A DNA stretch of 64,000 bases, from positions 2,979 through 66,978 of the forward strand of contig DATDVE010000016.1 in assembly GCA_036517655.1 (NCBI GenBank). The letters run 5' to 3'. The stretch comes from Minisyncoccota bacterium. Lineage in GTDB: Bacteria > Patescibacteriota > Minisyncoccia > Phycocordibacterales > DATDSR01. The stretch's first letter is position 1; each line of letters begins with the position of its first letter. Position numbers and translations under genes: made by a program. The notes under the pieces are model-generated. The model searched no databases. It saw only the letters and a list, made by a program, of their open reading frames with translations, and was not told the origin of the DNA. Of the stretch, positions 20,085-30,359 are shown piece by piece.

Positions 20085-21196
20085 ATATTCCCCGCTCCAG
20101 ACTGCCTGACACCATGCTCCTTGTTCTAGTAGGAATATTGGTTGTGGCGGGGATATTCGTTTTCATGTCTGCTTCATTCGGCTTGCTTCTCCGAGAGGGT
20201 CGCGAGTGGGGGAGCGTACTTTTCTCACAGTTCGTGTTAGGACTTGGAGGAGGTCTCGTGCTTGGCTTTGTCGCCTACAAAATTCCTCTGGTTCTGCTCC
20301 GAAAGTTTTCCGTCCACCTCTTCATTCTGGCCAGCATCATGTGCCTACTTGTCTTCGTCCCGGGCGTAGGCTTTAGTTCCGGTGGTGCGGCGAGATGGAT
20401 CCATCTTGGCGGCGTCTCAATCCAACCTTCTGAATTCCTGAAACTCGCCCTAGTGATCCTATTGGCTGCGTGGGCGGCCGCAAGAGGTGAGGAGATCCGT
20501 TCAGTACGTTATGGTCTCCTGCCCTTCCTCGCCATCACTACCATCGCCGGGGGTCTCTTGATTGCCGAACCGGACACGGGAACATTTGTTGTACTATTTG
20601 CGACGGCCTGTTCTATCTTCTTGGTCGCTGGCGGAAGGATCAAGCACTTGTTTTATCTTGGACTGGGAGCCTTAGTCTTGATCGGAGGACTGGCTCTTGC
20701 CCGGCCATATGTGAGAGCCAGAATTGCTACGTTCCTTGACCCAAGCAGTGATCCTCTGGGTAGTTCGTACCAGATTAGACAGTCACTACTTGCCATTGGC
20801 TCGGGACAAACTACGGGCAGGGGGTTCGGGCAAAGCATACAGAAGTTCCAATATCTCCCCGAACCGATAGGGGACTCTATTTTCGCTGTGGTCGGAGAGG
20901 AATTTGGCTTTATGGGTACTTTCACATTCGTTCTCTTGTTCCTGTTTCTATGCCTGCGCGGAATGATTGTGTCACTTAGAGCTCCGACCAAATTTCATAG
21001 ACTCCTCGGCGTTGGTATTGTTATACTTATAGTAATCCAGGCTTACCTGCACATAGGAGCCATGGTAGGGATACTCCCACTTACTGGCGTGCCCCTACCG
21101 CTCATATCCCACGGAGGCACAGCACTTATGTTTGCGCTCATTAGCCTGGGCCTGCTGTTACAAATATCCAGATATAGAACTCACGCAAATATATGA
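20081..21196 (+). CDS. ftsW: SEDS family peptidoglycan polymerase FtsW
   Basis: GAARW, QPSEFLK, PDTGT, YQIRQS, GEEFG, TGVPLPLISHGG; adjacent to murG. Confidence 0.92.
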   Translation: MNIPRSRLPDTMLLVLVGILVVAGIFVFMSASFGLLLREGREWGSVLFSQFVLGLGGGLVLGFVAYKIPLVLLRKFSVHLFILASIMCLLVFVPGVGFSSGGAARWIHLGGVSIQPSEFLKLALVILLAAWAAARGEEIRSVRYGLLPFLAITTIAGGLLIAEPDTGTFVVLFATACSIFLVAGGRIKHLFYLGLGALVLIGGLALARPYVRARIATFLDPSSDPLGSSYQIRQSLLAIGSGQTTGRGFGQSIQKFQYLPEPIGDSIFAVVGEEFGFMGTFTFVLLFLFLCLRGMIVSLRAPTKFHRLLGVGIVILIVIQAYLHIGAMVGILPLTGVPLPLISHGGTALMFALISLGLLLQISRYRTHANI

Positions 21197-22323
21197 AAAT
21201 ATTACTTACAGGCGGAGGATCCGGAGGCCATTTCTATCCACTTATTGCGATCGTCCAGGAGATAAACGATCTCGTGGCAGAGCGCAAACTTGTCGGGCCA
21301 AAGTTCTACTACATGTCCGACAATCCTTACGATGAGAAGGCGCTCTTCGAATTCGATATAAAGTTTATCAAAGTGCGAACGGGCAAGATGCGTTTGTACT
21401 TCTCGCTACGCAACATTCTCGACATTCCACTTACGATCTGGGGGGTACTGGTAGCTCTGTGGAAACTTTTTTTCCTTTTCCCAGATGTGGTCGTAGGTAA
21501 GGGCGGTTATGGGAGCTTCCCTGCCATCTTCGCAGCAAGACTTCTGCGTATACCCGTAGTCATCCACGAATCAGATTCGGTGCCAGGCCGCGTGAATAAG
21601 TTCGCAGGCAAATTCGCGAGAAGAATCGGCATCGCCTACGAGGACGCAGCTAACTACTTCCCCAAGGACAGAACTGCTCTAGTGGGAATACCCGTGAGAC
21701 GAGAATTGCGGGAACCAAGAACCGAGGGCGCCTACGAATTCCTCAAGCTTGAAAGTGGTGTGCCGATCGTACTTGTCCTGGGCGGCTCGCAAGGAGCACA
21801 GGCAATTAATGAAGTCATTGTGGACATTCTTCCTGAACTTCTAAACAAGTACCAAGTCATTCACCAGGTAGGCACAGCAAATGTTGATGAAATCAAGTCG
21901 CGCTTGCCTGTTGTCTTGGGCAACCATCCGCACCTTGCAAGGTACAAGATGTTCGGCTTTCTCTCGAGCACGGCGCTTGCAATGTCTGCGGGTGCGGCCA
22001 AGCTTGCCGTCACGCGCGCCGGGTCAACATTTATCTTCGAGATTGCCGGCTGGGGGTTACCTAGCATTGTTATCCCAATTCCGGAAAGCGTAAGCCGCGA
22101 TCAACACAGGAATGCGTACAACTATGCCCGTACCGGCGCAGCAGTGCTCATCGAGGAGAATAATCTCTCAACCCATATTCTGTTATCGGAAATAGAAAGA
22201 GTCATGTCGAGCCCAGATATCCAGAATAGTATGAGTGAGCACGCCAGAGCCTTCGCCAAACCCGAAGCGGGAAAAAAGATGGCCGAAGCAATCCTAGATT
22301 TAGTGCTATCCCATGAGCGATAA
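21193..22323 (+). CDS. murG: Lipid II GlcNAc transferase MurG
   Basis: TGGGSGGHFYP, GKGGYGS, HESD..PG, GGSQGA. Confidence 0.96.
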   Translation: MKILLTGGGSGGHFYPLIAIVQEINDLVAERKLVGPKFYYMSDNPYDEKALFEFDIKFIKVRTGKMRLYFSLRNILDIPLTIWGVLVALWKLFFLFPDVVVGKGGYGSFPAIFAARLLRIPVVIHESDSVPGRVNKFAGKFARRIGIAYEDAANYFPKDRTALVGIPVRRELREPRTEGAYEFLKLESGVPIVLVLGGSQGAQAINEVIVDILPELLNKYQVIHQVGTANVDEIKSRLPVVLGNHPHLARYKMFGFLSSTALAMSAGAAKLAVTRAGSTFIFEIAGWGLPSIVIPIPESVSRDQHRNAYNYARTGAAVLIEENNLSTHILLSEIERVMSSPDIQNSMSEHARAFAKPEAGKKMAEAILDLVLSHER

Positions 22324-23593
22324 AGTAATCACACGATTTGCTCCTTCGCCGACGGGATTGTTGCATGCGGGGAATTATCGGACGGCTGTTTTTACTTACT
22401 TATTTACTCGCAAACTAGGTGGCGAATTTATCCTTCGGGTTGAGGATACCGATCGCTTGCGCTCAAAAAAAGAATGCACGGAAAATATTATTGAAAGCCT
22501 GAAGTGGCTTGGACTTGAATATGATAAATATGCGCTTCAGTCAGAAAGCATAAACAGACACAAAGAAGTACTTACTGAATTAATAAACAAGGATGCCGCG
22601 TATGTTTCGCACGAGAAGCACCCAGAAACTGGCGCTGACACAGAAGTTATCCGATTTCGCAATCCTGGCACTGACGTAACTTTCCAGGATCTCATTAGGG
22701 GTGAGATAACTATGCACACGGGGGACCTGGGTGACTTCGTGATTGCTAAGTCTATTTCCGAGCCACTCTTCCATCTTAGTGTTGTTGTGGACGATTTCGA
22801 CATGGGGATCACGCATGTGACAAGAGGGGAGGATCATATCTCTAACACTCCCAGGCAAATTCTTATTCAGAGAGCGCTCGGTGCTCCTACACCAGTATAC
22901 GCTCACTTGCCACTGTTATTGGGGACTGATAGGTCTAAGTTATCTAAACGTAAGGGGGCTAAAGCAATGACAGAATATCGAGACTTAGGCTATCTGCCAG
23001 AGACACTCATAAATTACATGGCCCTCCTGGGCTGGAACCCCGGCACCGATCAGGAGTTGTTTACAAAAGGAGAACTAATAGAGAGTTTCAGTTTTGAACG
23101 TGTGCAGAAAAGTGCGGCCATCTTTGACGAAACAAAACTCGATTGGCTCAATCGCGAACACATGAAGCGATTGTCTGAAAGTGAGCTCTTGGCCAGAGCA
23201 AAAGATTTTATACCGGCTGGCGCAGAGAAATTTTTGCCTTTATTACTTGAGCGCATAAATAAATTTGGAGACATTCCAGAATTATTGAATAATGGGGGAG
23301 AGCTAGACTTTTTAATCTCGCAGCCGAAGCCTTCTCGAGAATTATTAATCGGCAAGTCTGGTGCAACAGAATCAGAAATAAAAAATCACCTAAATTATAT
23401 TCTCGAAAAGGGGATAGAGAGGGAAGTGGTATGGCCCTATGCAGAACAAATGGGCAAGGGCAAGGTGCTATGGCCTATGCGTGTAGCGCTATCTGGCAGG
23501 GAAAAGTCCCCCGATCCCTTATCACTAGTAAAATATTTAGGCGAAAAGGAGGCTCTAAATCGCATCAAATCAGCCCTTGCAATTCTAGGCTAA
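22313..23593 (+). CDS. gltX: Glutamate--tRNA ligase
   Basis: RFAPSPTG.LHAG, RVEDTD, RGEDH, KLSKR. Confidence 0.96.
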   Translation: MSDKVITRFAPSPTGLLHAGNYRTAVFTYLFTRKLGGEFILRVEDTDRLRSKKECTENIIESLKWLGLEYDKYALQSESINRHKEVLTELINKDAAYVSHEKHPETGADTEVIRFRNPGTDVTFQDLIRGEITMHTGDLGDFVIAKSISEPLFHLSVVVDDFDMGITHVTRGEDHISNTPRQILIQRALGAPTPVYAHLPLLLGTDRSKLSKRKGAKAMTEYRDLGYLPETLINYMALLGWNPGTDQELFTKGELIESFSFERVQKSAAIFDETKLDWLNREHMKRLSESELLARAKDFIPAGAEKFLPLLLERINKFGDIPELLNNGGELDFLISQPKPSRELLIGKSGATESEIKNHLNYILEKGIEREVVWPYAEQMGKGKVLWPMRVALSGREKSPDPLSLVKYLGEKEALNRIKSALAILG

Positions 23594-23624
23594 ATGTGAT
23601 ATTATATCGAAAGGGGGTGTCAAC

Positions 23625-23816
23625 ATGTATGTGACTGGACCGGCCCTTGCGATCGTGATCGTGCTGTCGGCGTTCGGGGCCGTCACCTGTATCGTCGGCT
23701 CCTTCCACATACTTCTGCTCCTGGGCAAAAAGCTGGACATCATGATCCAGCGAGGTCGCTACATTCGCAAGATCAAGGCCAAGATCAAGGCTCACAGGGC
23801 CCAGGATCAGCAGTAA
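23625..23816 (+). CDS. Small membrane protein with basic tail
   Basis: AGGGGG SD, GC3-rich codons, TM segment, followed by a terminator. Confidence 0.6.
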   Translation: MYVTGPALAIVIVLSAFGAVTCIVGSFHILLLLGKKLDIMIQRGRYIRKIKAKIKAHRAQDQQ

Positions 23817-23831
23817 TGAAAGAGGGAGTCC

Positions 23832-23878
23832 GCCCGTGCGGCGCGCAGATTCATGCGCCGCGCGGGCTTTTCTCTTTG
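23832..23878 (+). terminator. Rho-independent terminator
   Basis: gcccgtgcggcgc...gcgccgcgcgggc followed by ttttctcttt. Confidence 0.7.
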
Positions 23879-23895
23879 TGTGATAAAATGGGTGG

Positions 23896-25176
23896 GTGGA
23901 TAGGAAAATTTATATAATTTTAGTAATTACACTTTCACTTAGCGCCCAGGGCGCTAAGTTGACAGGACTAGTTGAGGCGCAGGAGGTTGCGGGGCAGATT
24001 GGGGAGACACAGGCTAAGATTAAACAACTTGAGAGTGAGATTGCTAGTACGGAGAAGGAGCTGACTAAAACAGAGCGGGAGAAAAATACACTCTCGAATG
24101 CGGTAAAGAGTCTTGACTTGACTAAGAAGAAACTCGAGGCAGAGACTAAAATTACAGAGAATAAAGTCGCTCTCACCAGTAGTTCTATTGAGAGTTTGTC
24201 AGAGCAGATAATTGCTCACACGCAAGAAATTGATAAGCGCGTGGGGGATATTGCGATAGTACTGCGTAATATTGCAGGAGCGCTTGACGCAACACCCACT
24301 GAAATCTTTCTGTCTGACTCGAGCATTTCGGAGAAGCTCGATAGTATGTATACACTTGAGCGCTTGCAGAATCGCGTACGCATAGACTTAGAAGAACTCA
24401 AGGCAGTGCGTGTGAAGTTAATCTCTGATAAACAAGAGCTTGAGGAAGCCAGGGAGAAGCTCTTTGCCCTTCGTAGCGAACTCGGCGACAAGCAGAAGCT
24501 CGCCATACAGAATATTGAGAGTAAGAGCAAACTGCTTGCTGATACGAAGAATAAAGAATCTAGTTACAGAACTTTGCTCGACCAAAAGATTGCACAGAAG
24601 GCTGCATTCGAACAAGAGTTGCGTAATTTCGAAACTAAACTGAAGGGGATTGATGTTTCTAAGCTTCCCACGGGAGGAACAGGTATCCTAAGCTGGCCAC
24701 TTGCGAGTGTTTTAGTCACCCAGACGTTCGGCGATACCGAGTTCTCACGTTCGTCTGCTGGCGCTATATACAGAGGCAACGGCCATAACGGCATTGACCT
24801 GCGCGCATCTGTCGGAACTGCTGTATATTCTGCCGGCGGCGGAAAGGTAGCCGGCACGGGCAATACAGATCTCGGTTGTCCTGGAGGGTCGTATGGCAAA
24901 TGGATCTTGATAGACCACGGCAACGGTCTCTCAACTCTATATGCGCATTTATCTTTGCAGAGGGTGAGTACGGGTGAGGATGTTGAGCGCGGAGGCTTGA
25001 TTGGCTACAGTGGCAATACTGGCTACTCCACAGGACCGCATTTACACTTCACCGTTTATGCGTCAGAAGGTGTTAAAATTACTAAGCTGATCAGGGCAGA
25101 CGGTAGTGTCAGCAAGTGTGCTGAAATGCCCGTTTCGCCATTAAATGGCTATCTGAATCCACTATTGTACTTATAA
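23896..25176 (+). CDS. Coiled-coil M23 peptidase (EnvC/murein hydrolase-like)
   Basis: Long coiled coil, HNGID, YAHL, GYSTGPHLHF. Confidence 0.92.
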   Translation: MDRKIYIILVITLSLSAQGAKLTGLVEAQEVAGQIGETQAKIKQLESEIASTEKELTKTEREKNTLSNAVKSLDLTKKKLEAETKITENKVALTSSSIESLSEQIIAHTQEIDKRVGDIAIVLRNIAGALDATPTEIFLSDSSISEKLDSMYTLERLQNRVRIDLEELKAVRVKLISDKQELEEAREKLFALRSELGDKQKLAIQNIESKSKLLADTKNKESSYRTLLDQKIAQKAAFEQELRNFETKLKGIDVSKLPTGGTGILSWPLASVLVTQTFGDTEFSRSSAGAIYRGNGHNGIDLRASVGTAVYSAGGGKVAGTGNTDLGCPGGSYGKWILIDHGNGLSTLYAHLSLQRVSTGEDVERGGLIGYSGNTGYSTGPHLHFTVYASEGVKITKLIRADGSVSKCAEMPVSPLNGYLNPLLYL

Positions 25177-25180
25177 ATAC

Positions 25181-25465
25181 ATGAACAAAGGCTTCATAAG
25201 CATGATACTCATCTTCGTAGTCCTAATTTTGATTGTGAGTGCCTTCAAGCTCAACTTGGGAGGTTATATGGACGCGAGCCCAGAGCAAGCCCTAGATAGC
25301 AATATAGTGCTTATAATTCAAACAGGGAAGATAGTTTGGTCAGATTACATCAAGGGGCCCTTAGTAACGATTTGGAATGAATACATAGCGCCGTTTGCAA
25401 GGGGTGACTGGCTTTCTAGTTTAAGGAGTAGGGAAGAAGCCCGCACAACCTTGCCACCAGAATAG
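25181..25465 (+). CDS. Small membrane-anchored hypothetical protein
   Basis: MNKGFI followed by a hydrophobic stretch (pilin-like N-terminus but no Glu+5). Confidence 0.65.
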   Translation: MNKGFISMILIFVVLILIVSAFKLNLGGYMDASPEQALDSNIVLIIQTGKIVWSDYIKGPLVTIWNEYIAPFARGDWLSSLRSREEARTTLPPE

Positions 25466-25516
25466 ATAGTCCATAATGTCGCAAAAGGTATATTGTGCGA
25501 CGTAGTGCTATATAAG

Positions 25517-25525
25517 TTATCCACA
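25517..25525 (+). promoter_or_regulatory. Consensus DnaA box
   Basis: TTATCCACA in a convergent intergenic region. Confidence 0.45.
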
Positions 25526-25572
25526 GTCACTTACTATTACAACACATCTCCCCTCTCTAGATCAGTGGACGT

Positions 25573-26397
25573 TCAGAGCTTCTCTAAAACTTTTTTAGAA
25601 TACTCCAGTAATTGTGCGCGCAGAATTTTATTTGAAGCAAACATAGAATCTTTCCAGCGCAGCTCGCTCTGCTTGTAATCCAGTGGACGACCAAGGAGAT
25701 CAGTGACCTCTCCCCCAGCCTCTCGCAGGATCGCCTCTGGAGCACAAGTGTCCCATTTGCTCAATCGTCTATTGGTAGCAATATAGACATCAGCACTACC
25801 GTCAGAAATTAATCCCAGCGCCACACCTATCCCCGAGGATGGTATACGTTTGCCCACGCTCATGGAATCAATGACTTCATATGAGGGGCGTACCTCGCTA
25901 CTATCTTTCCTGATAATTAGCCTGGCTTCGGATAGTGTCTTAGTAGCACTTACAAATATTTGCCTCCTAGATTCTTGCGCCAAAACAAACGCACCTCGTC
26001 CAACCTCTCCAAAATACAACAGATGTTTGCGTGGCACGTTAACCACACCGAATACTGGCCGACCGTTTCGACATAGTCCTATATGCACGCCGAAACTGTC
26101 ATCGCCCTTGATGTACGACTTAGTGCCATCGAGTGGGTCAATCATCCATACGTCACTAGAATAATCACTCGGAATCTCACTACTCTCTTCAGAAAGAATT
26201 GCGTTGGTGGGGAAGAGCTTGCCAATCGCCTCTCTGGCCATTGCATCCGCCTCTTTGTCGGCAATGGTTACAGGGTTAAAGCGATCGTTCTCTTTACTTT
26301 CTACGTTCAGGTTTCCGCTTTGATATCGCACAAGCAATTCACCAATCTTTTGAGCCAGCTCTATTACCTTGAGATATCTTGGGTCAGATAAGTCCAT
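25573..26397 (-). CDS. cysQ: 3'(2'),5'-bisphosphate nucleotidase CysQ / inositol monophosphatase family
   Basis: PVTIADK, ILSEE, WMIDPLDGT, WDTCAPEAIL.EAGG. Confidence 0.85.
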   Translation of the reverse strand: MDLSDPRYLKVIELAQKIGELLVRYQSGNLNVESKENDRFNPVTIADKEADAMAREAIGKLFPTNAILSEESSEIPSDYSSDVWMIDPLDGTKSYIKGDDSFGVHIGLCRNGRPVFGVVNVPRKHLLYFGEVGRGAFVLAQESRRQIFVSATKTLSEARLIIRKDSSEVRPSYEVIDSMSVGKRIPSSGIGVALGLISDGSADVYIATNRRLSKWDTCAPEAILREAGGEVTDLLGRPLDYKQSELRWKDSMFASNKILRAQLLEYSKKVLEKL

Positions 26398-26418
26398 ATA
26401 TGTTTGTTATGCTTATAG

Positions 26419-26769
26419 TCACAGCCCCGGGCAATTAGCGGCGGGTGTGAGACCTCTGGCTTCGGCTTGCTCTTTACTCGAGAAATAAATCTTATTTTCT
26501 TCTTTTATTCTGCTCACGCCAGAACAAGAAAGTAGATAATATTTAGTGCCATTCCTTGATGCTACATAATTCTGCACTCCCCCACTCTCTCGAGCGGCTT
26601 GCCCGGCAAGCGTAGCGCCGAGGACTTCTGGTGCAAAGTTCAGTGGCTGCTCAATAACTAGATCTGGTTTATTTTCTTCTATCTTGGATAATCTACCTAA
26701 GCCAAACGAGAAGCTAGCAACTAATATGATAATTATGGGAATGAAGGCTGATTTGAAGCGCTCTTGCAT
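26419..26769 (-). CDS. Membrane-anchored protein with Ada-like metal-binding C-terminal domain
   Basis: N-terminal TM; [12 protein letters not shown]....I...NKIYF.S...A...G..P..NC. Confidence 0.75.
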   Translation of the reverse strand: MQERFKSAFIPIIIILVASFSFGLGRLSKIEENKPDLVIEQPLNFAPEVLGATLAGQAARESGGVQNYVASRNGTKYYLLSCSGVSRIKEENKIYFSSKEQAEARGLTPAANCPGL

Positions 26770-26801
26770 TTTTTTTCGTTTTCTGTATTATATCTCTTAC
26801 T

Positions 26802-27074
26802 ATGGCACATAAGAAGGCCGGCGGGTCAACAAAAAATTTACGCGATTCCAATCCCAAGTACTTGGGCATTAAACTTAGTGACGGCCAAATCGCTAAGTCT
26901 GGTTCTATTATCTTGCGCCAAAGGGGCACAGTGTACCTACCCGGCAGGAACGTAGGCCTTGGTAAAGATCACACAATTTTTGCCCTCAAAGAAGGTCTCG
27001 TAAAATTCGCCACCAAACGCAAAACAAGCTTCACCGGCAAGAGCAAAATCTCCCCCATAGTCAGCGTTGTGTAA
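26802..27074 (+). CDS. rpmA: 50S ribosomal protein L27
   Basis: [28 protein letters not shown]. Confidence 0.98.
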   Translation: MAHKKAGGSTKNLRDSNPKYLGIKLSDGQIAKSGSIILRQRGTVYLPGRNVGLGKDHTIFALKEGLVKFATKRKTSFTGKSKISPIVSVV

Positions 27075-27075
27075 T

Positions 27076-27498
27076 CTAGTTTTGGATATCAATGGTTACG
27101 CTTGACTTAGCGCCCTGGGCGCTGAGTTCTACTGTGTGATTGCCGGCGTGTTTGATGGGATGATCTAGGTTTATCCAATCTGGATCAATTTTTAGGATTT
27201 CTGCAATTTCTTTTTTATCTAGTGAGTCAAAGAGCGTCCCCTGCTCGTTTGCCTTGCGCTTCACCTCAAAAAAATTGCCATTTAAGTTTTCTAATATCGC
27301 TTTAATTTTTGTTTCGTCCCTTTCCTTGCGTGAATCGTGAATCTTGATTCGTGAATTATTGCGCGAGAGCGCTTCTGGCGTTGCCAACTGCGCAAGCTTA
27401 CGCGCAAGCAAAAAGTTGCGCCCATAACCATCAGCCACATTCTTAACCTCATATGCTTTACCCACCCCTTTCACATCACTTAGAAAGATTACTTTCAT
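27076..27498 (-). CDS. rplI: 50S ribosomal protein L9
   Basis: [27 protein letters not shown]. Confidence 0.96.
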   Translation of the reverse strand: MKVIFLSDVKGVGKAYEVKNVADGYGRNFLLARKLAQLATPEALSRNNSRIKIHDSRKERDETKIKAILENLNGNFFEVKRKANEQGTLFDSLDKKEIAEILKIDPDWINLDHPIKHAGNHTVELSAQGAKSSVTIDIQN

Positions 27499-27505
27499 AT
27501 ATTTT

Positions 27506-27543
27506 GATATTTAGAAATTTAGATATTTAGAGATTAGAAATTA
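27506..27543. repeat. Degenerate 7-8-mer tandem tract at the ctpA-rplI junction
   Basis: gatattta gaaattta gatattta gagatta gaaatta. Confidence 0.6.
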
Positions 27544-28762
27544 CTTGAATAGCTTTCTCCAACTGCGGGTCGTCGCCCGATTCTATGTTTTCTTTTGTTA
27601 TCTCTACTTTATAGTCCGGTTCAAGACCCTTTTCCGAAATAGTCTCGCCATTTGGTGTGAGCCACCTGGCCACCGTTACCTTGAGCGCGGTTTCTCTCGT
27701 GACATCCACGAGCTCTTGCACAGAGCCCTTGCCGAAGGTTTTCTGGCCAACTAAGGAAATATTCTTTTGTTCGCGCAATGCTCCGGCCAATATTTCAGAT
27801 GCAGAAGCGCTCCCGCCGTCTATCAAGATCGCCATTTTGAGATTCTCGTTGAAGATATCGTAACCGCGGGATCTGTGTATCTGCTCATCTTTGCCTTCGC
27901 CAAAATATTCGCGAACAATTACTTTGCCTTCGGGCAGGAACCAGCTACCCATATCCACCGCCGCCTCAAGATAGCCTCCTGGGTTACCTCGCAAATCAAG
28001 CACCAACTTGTCGGTCTTAGAATCCACAAACTCCTGCAAGGCGTCTCTAAAGAGAGTCGGTGAGTTTGCGGAGAAACTATAGAGACTTATTATGAAAATC
28101 TGGTCTCCGTCGACTTGTCTAAGTTCTGTGTTCAGAACAGGTAGATCAATCTTAGCCCGCGTAATGACGATCTCCATTGGAGCCTCGGAATTTTGATGCA
28201 GGACGGTTAAGGTTACTTTCGTCCCGCCGGCACCGCGAATTCTCGTGACGGCCTCGTCAATTGAGAGGCTCTGTGTGCTCTCACCATCTATCTCGAGTAC
28301 CATATCGCCCGCGCGTACCCCGGCCCGTTCCGCCGGTGATCCCTTGAGTGGGGCAACGACAATAAGTACGTTATTCTTGATGGCAACTTCCATGCCCACG
28401 CCTTCGAAATTGCCGCTAATATCATCCTTGAATATCTCCGACTCTGTTGGCGGCAAGAAAACTGTATAAGGGTCCCCAACTGCCGCCACCATCCCAGATA
28501 TGGCACCCCACACTAACTTCTGGTTGAAAAGTGTAATCTCGGCCGGAGTGGTTGAGGAAATATCAGCTGGAACGTACTTCTCATTAAGAATGTTCCACGT
28601 CTGCCAGAACGGCTCGAAATCAACCAACGCTGTAATCTCATTATCCTTATTATCGAGTCCCTGTACTCGAACAATCTCGGGCACCTTCGAATACCCCACA
28701 TATGTGCCGGCTGCAAAAGCCACCAGACCTACCAGAACTCCGGATGCCATGCTCTTACGCAT
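27527..28762 (-). CDS. ctpA: Carboxy-terminal processing protease (S41, PDZ)
   Basis: DPYT, GVG, LDLRGNPGG, SASASEILAG, TFGKGSVQ. Confidence 0.93.
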   Translation of the reverse strand: MRKSMASGVLVGLVAFAAGTYVGYSKVPEIVRVQGLDNKDNEITALVDFEPFWQTWNILNEKYVPADISSTTPAEITLFNQKLVWGAISGMVAAVGDPYTVFLPPTESEIFKDDISGNFEGVGMEVAIKNNVLIVVAPLKGSPAERAGVRAGDMVLEIDGESTQSLSIDEAVTRIRGAGGTKVTLTVLHQNSEAPMEIVITRAKIDLPVLNTELRQVDGDQIFIISLYSFSANSPTLFRDALQEFVDSKTDKLVLDLRGNPGGYLEAAVDMGSWFLPEGKVIVREYFGEGKDEQIHRSRGYDIFNENLKMAILIDGGSASASEILAGALREQKNISLVGQKTFGKGSVQELVDVTRETALKVTVARWLTPNGETISEKGLEPDYKVEITKENIESGDDPQLEKAIQVISNL

Positions 28763-28801
28763 GCGTGATATAATAACACATAATTAAACGAAACGGGATG
28801 G

Positions 28802-28884
28802 ATCCCATTAGAAGTATGGCTCTATAATACCACCAATATATGTCGAACGTATTTACAATAATCGTAAGTAACTTCTAACGGGAT
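28802..28884. mobile_element. MITE-like element with 14-bp terminal inverted repeats overlapping the cysS start codon
   Basis: atcccattagaagt (28802-28815) and acttctaacgggat (28871-28884), one mismatch; direct repeat aacgggatgga at 28792 and 28877. Confidence 0.6.
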
Positions 28885-30283
28885 GGAACTGCGACTTTAT
28901 AACACACTCGCTCGCAACAAAGATAGCTTTATCCCCATCGAGGCTGGTAAGGTGGGCCTATATACATGCGGATTCACAGTTTATGACTACGCTCACATAG
29001 GCAACCTGCGCTCTTACATATTTGCAGACGTACTCAAGCGTGCACTCACATTCAGCACACAAAGTGAGAAAGGCTATGATGTAAAGCATGTTGAGAACAT
29101 AACAGATGTAGGGCACCTGGTGGGCGATGGCGATGAGGGCGAGGATAAGATGGAGGTGGGTGCACGCAAGGCAGGCAAAAGTGCTTTTGAGATCGCCGAA
29201 TACTTCACAAAAGTTTTTCAAAAAGATCTTGAAAAAAGCAACGTGCTCTCGCCTACTACTTGGGCACCGGCTACTAAATATATTCCCGAACAAATTGAGT
29301 TTATCAAAGTTCTAGAACAAAAAGGCTTTACGTATAAAATAACTGACGGTATTTATTTTGACACGAGTAAGTTAAGTGACTACGGCAAACTTGCACAGCT
29401 AGATCTAGCAAACCTGCGTGAAGGAGCACGAGTTGAGGCGAATAAAGAGAAAAAGAATATAACAGACTTTGCACTATGGAAATTCTCGCCTGCCCATTCG
29501 ACAGGCTCAGGGCATTTGCCTAAACGGCAAATGGAATGGGAATCACCCTGGGGCACTGGCTTCCCGGGTTGGCACATCGAATGCTCTGCTATATCAACTA
29601 AATTTTTGGGAGAGCGATTTGATATTCACACCGGGGGCATAGATCACATTCCTGTGCATCACACAAATGAGATTGCACAAAATGAGGCGCGCTTCGGTCA
29701 CAAGGTTGTGAACGTTTGGATGCACAATGACTTCATGACGGTTAATGGTACTAAGATGAGTAAGTCGCTTGGAAATCTATATACGCTTGATGACATCGAG
29801 AAGCGGGGGTTCACGCCTATGGCCCTGCGTTACTTATTTTTGGGCACTCATTATAGGCAAAAACTTAACTTCACCTGGGAAGCATTAGAGGGCGCGCAGA
29901 TTTCCTATAATAGGATTGTACGTACACTTGTAGATATGGATAAGGGCCCGCTGGACGACAAGGAATTAAACAGATTTACGGCAGCGATAGCCGATGACCT
30001 CAATACTCCGCAGGCCTTAGCAGTACTGTGGAACAACACACACAATCCCTCTCTTGTATACGAATTCGATAAAGTGTTGGGTCTGGGTCTGGAGAAGGCA
30101 GTATCTTCATTTATACAATCTCAAAGTGACATTCCAGAGGAAGTTACGAAGCTAGTCAGTGAGCGTGAGCAGGCGCGCAAGAATCGCGACTGGATCCAGT
30201 CAGATATATTAAGAGAGCGCATAGCAGGATTGGGATGGGCAGTTGAGGATTCCCAATCTGGGCCCAAGGTTAGCAAGACTTAG
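28883..30283 (+). CDS. cysS: Cysteine--tRNA ligase
   Basis: CGFTVYDYAHIGN, DFALWK, PGWHIECS, HHTNE, KMSKS. Confidence 0.98.
   Translation: MELRLYNTLARNKDSFIPIEAGKVGLYTCGFTVYDYAHIGNLRSYIFADVLKRALTFSTQSEKGYDVKHVENITDVGHLVGDGDEGEDKMEVGARKAGKSAFEIAEYFTKVFQKDLEKSNVLSPTTWAPATKYIPEQIEFIKVLEQKGFTYKITDGIYFDTSKLSDYGKLAQLDLANLREGARVEANKEKKNITDFALWKFSPAHSTGSGHLPKRQMEWESPWGTGFPGWHIECSAISTKFLGERFDIHTGGIDHIPVHHTNEIAQNEARFGHKVVNVWMHNDFMTVNGTKMSKSLGNLYTLDDIEKRGFTPMALRYLFLGTHYRQKLNFTWEALEGAQISYNRIVRTLVDMDKGPLDDKELNRFTAAIADDLNTPQALAVLWNNTHNPSLVYEFDKVLGLGLEKAVSSFIQSQSDIPEEVTKLVSEREQARKNRDWIQSDILRERIAGLGWAVEDSQSGPKVSKT
29491..29514 (+). repeat. Palindromic element in frame in cysS (AHSTGSGH)
   Basis: tgcccattcgacaggctcagggca; shares the ttcgac.gctcagg core with the dnaK element. 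Confidence 0.75.
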
Positions 30284-30359
30284 TAGGGGTATACCCACAG
30301 CTTGTCCCCTATTACAGGACTTGCAGGGCTATTTCGGCGGCGTGTTATAATCGCTCGGT

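Noticed and set aside
29045-29068. Possible second insert in cysS (ctcac..gtgag, TFSTQSEK)
   Set aside because: Only a 5-bp stem; cannot be told from chance without an alignment
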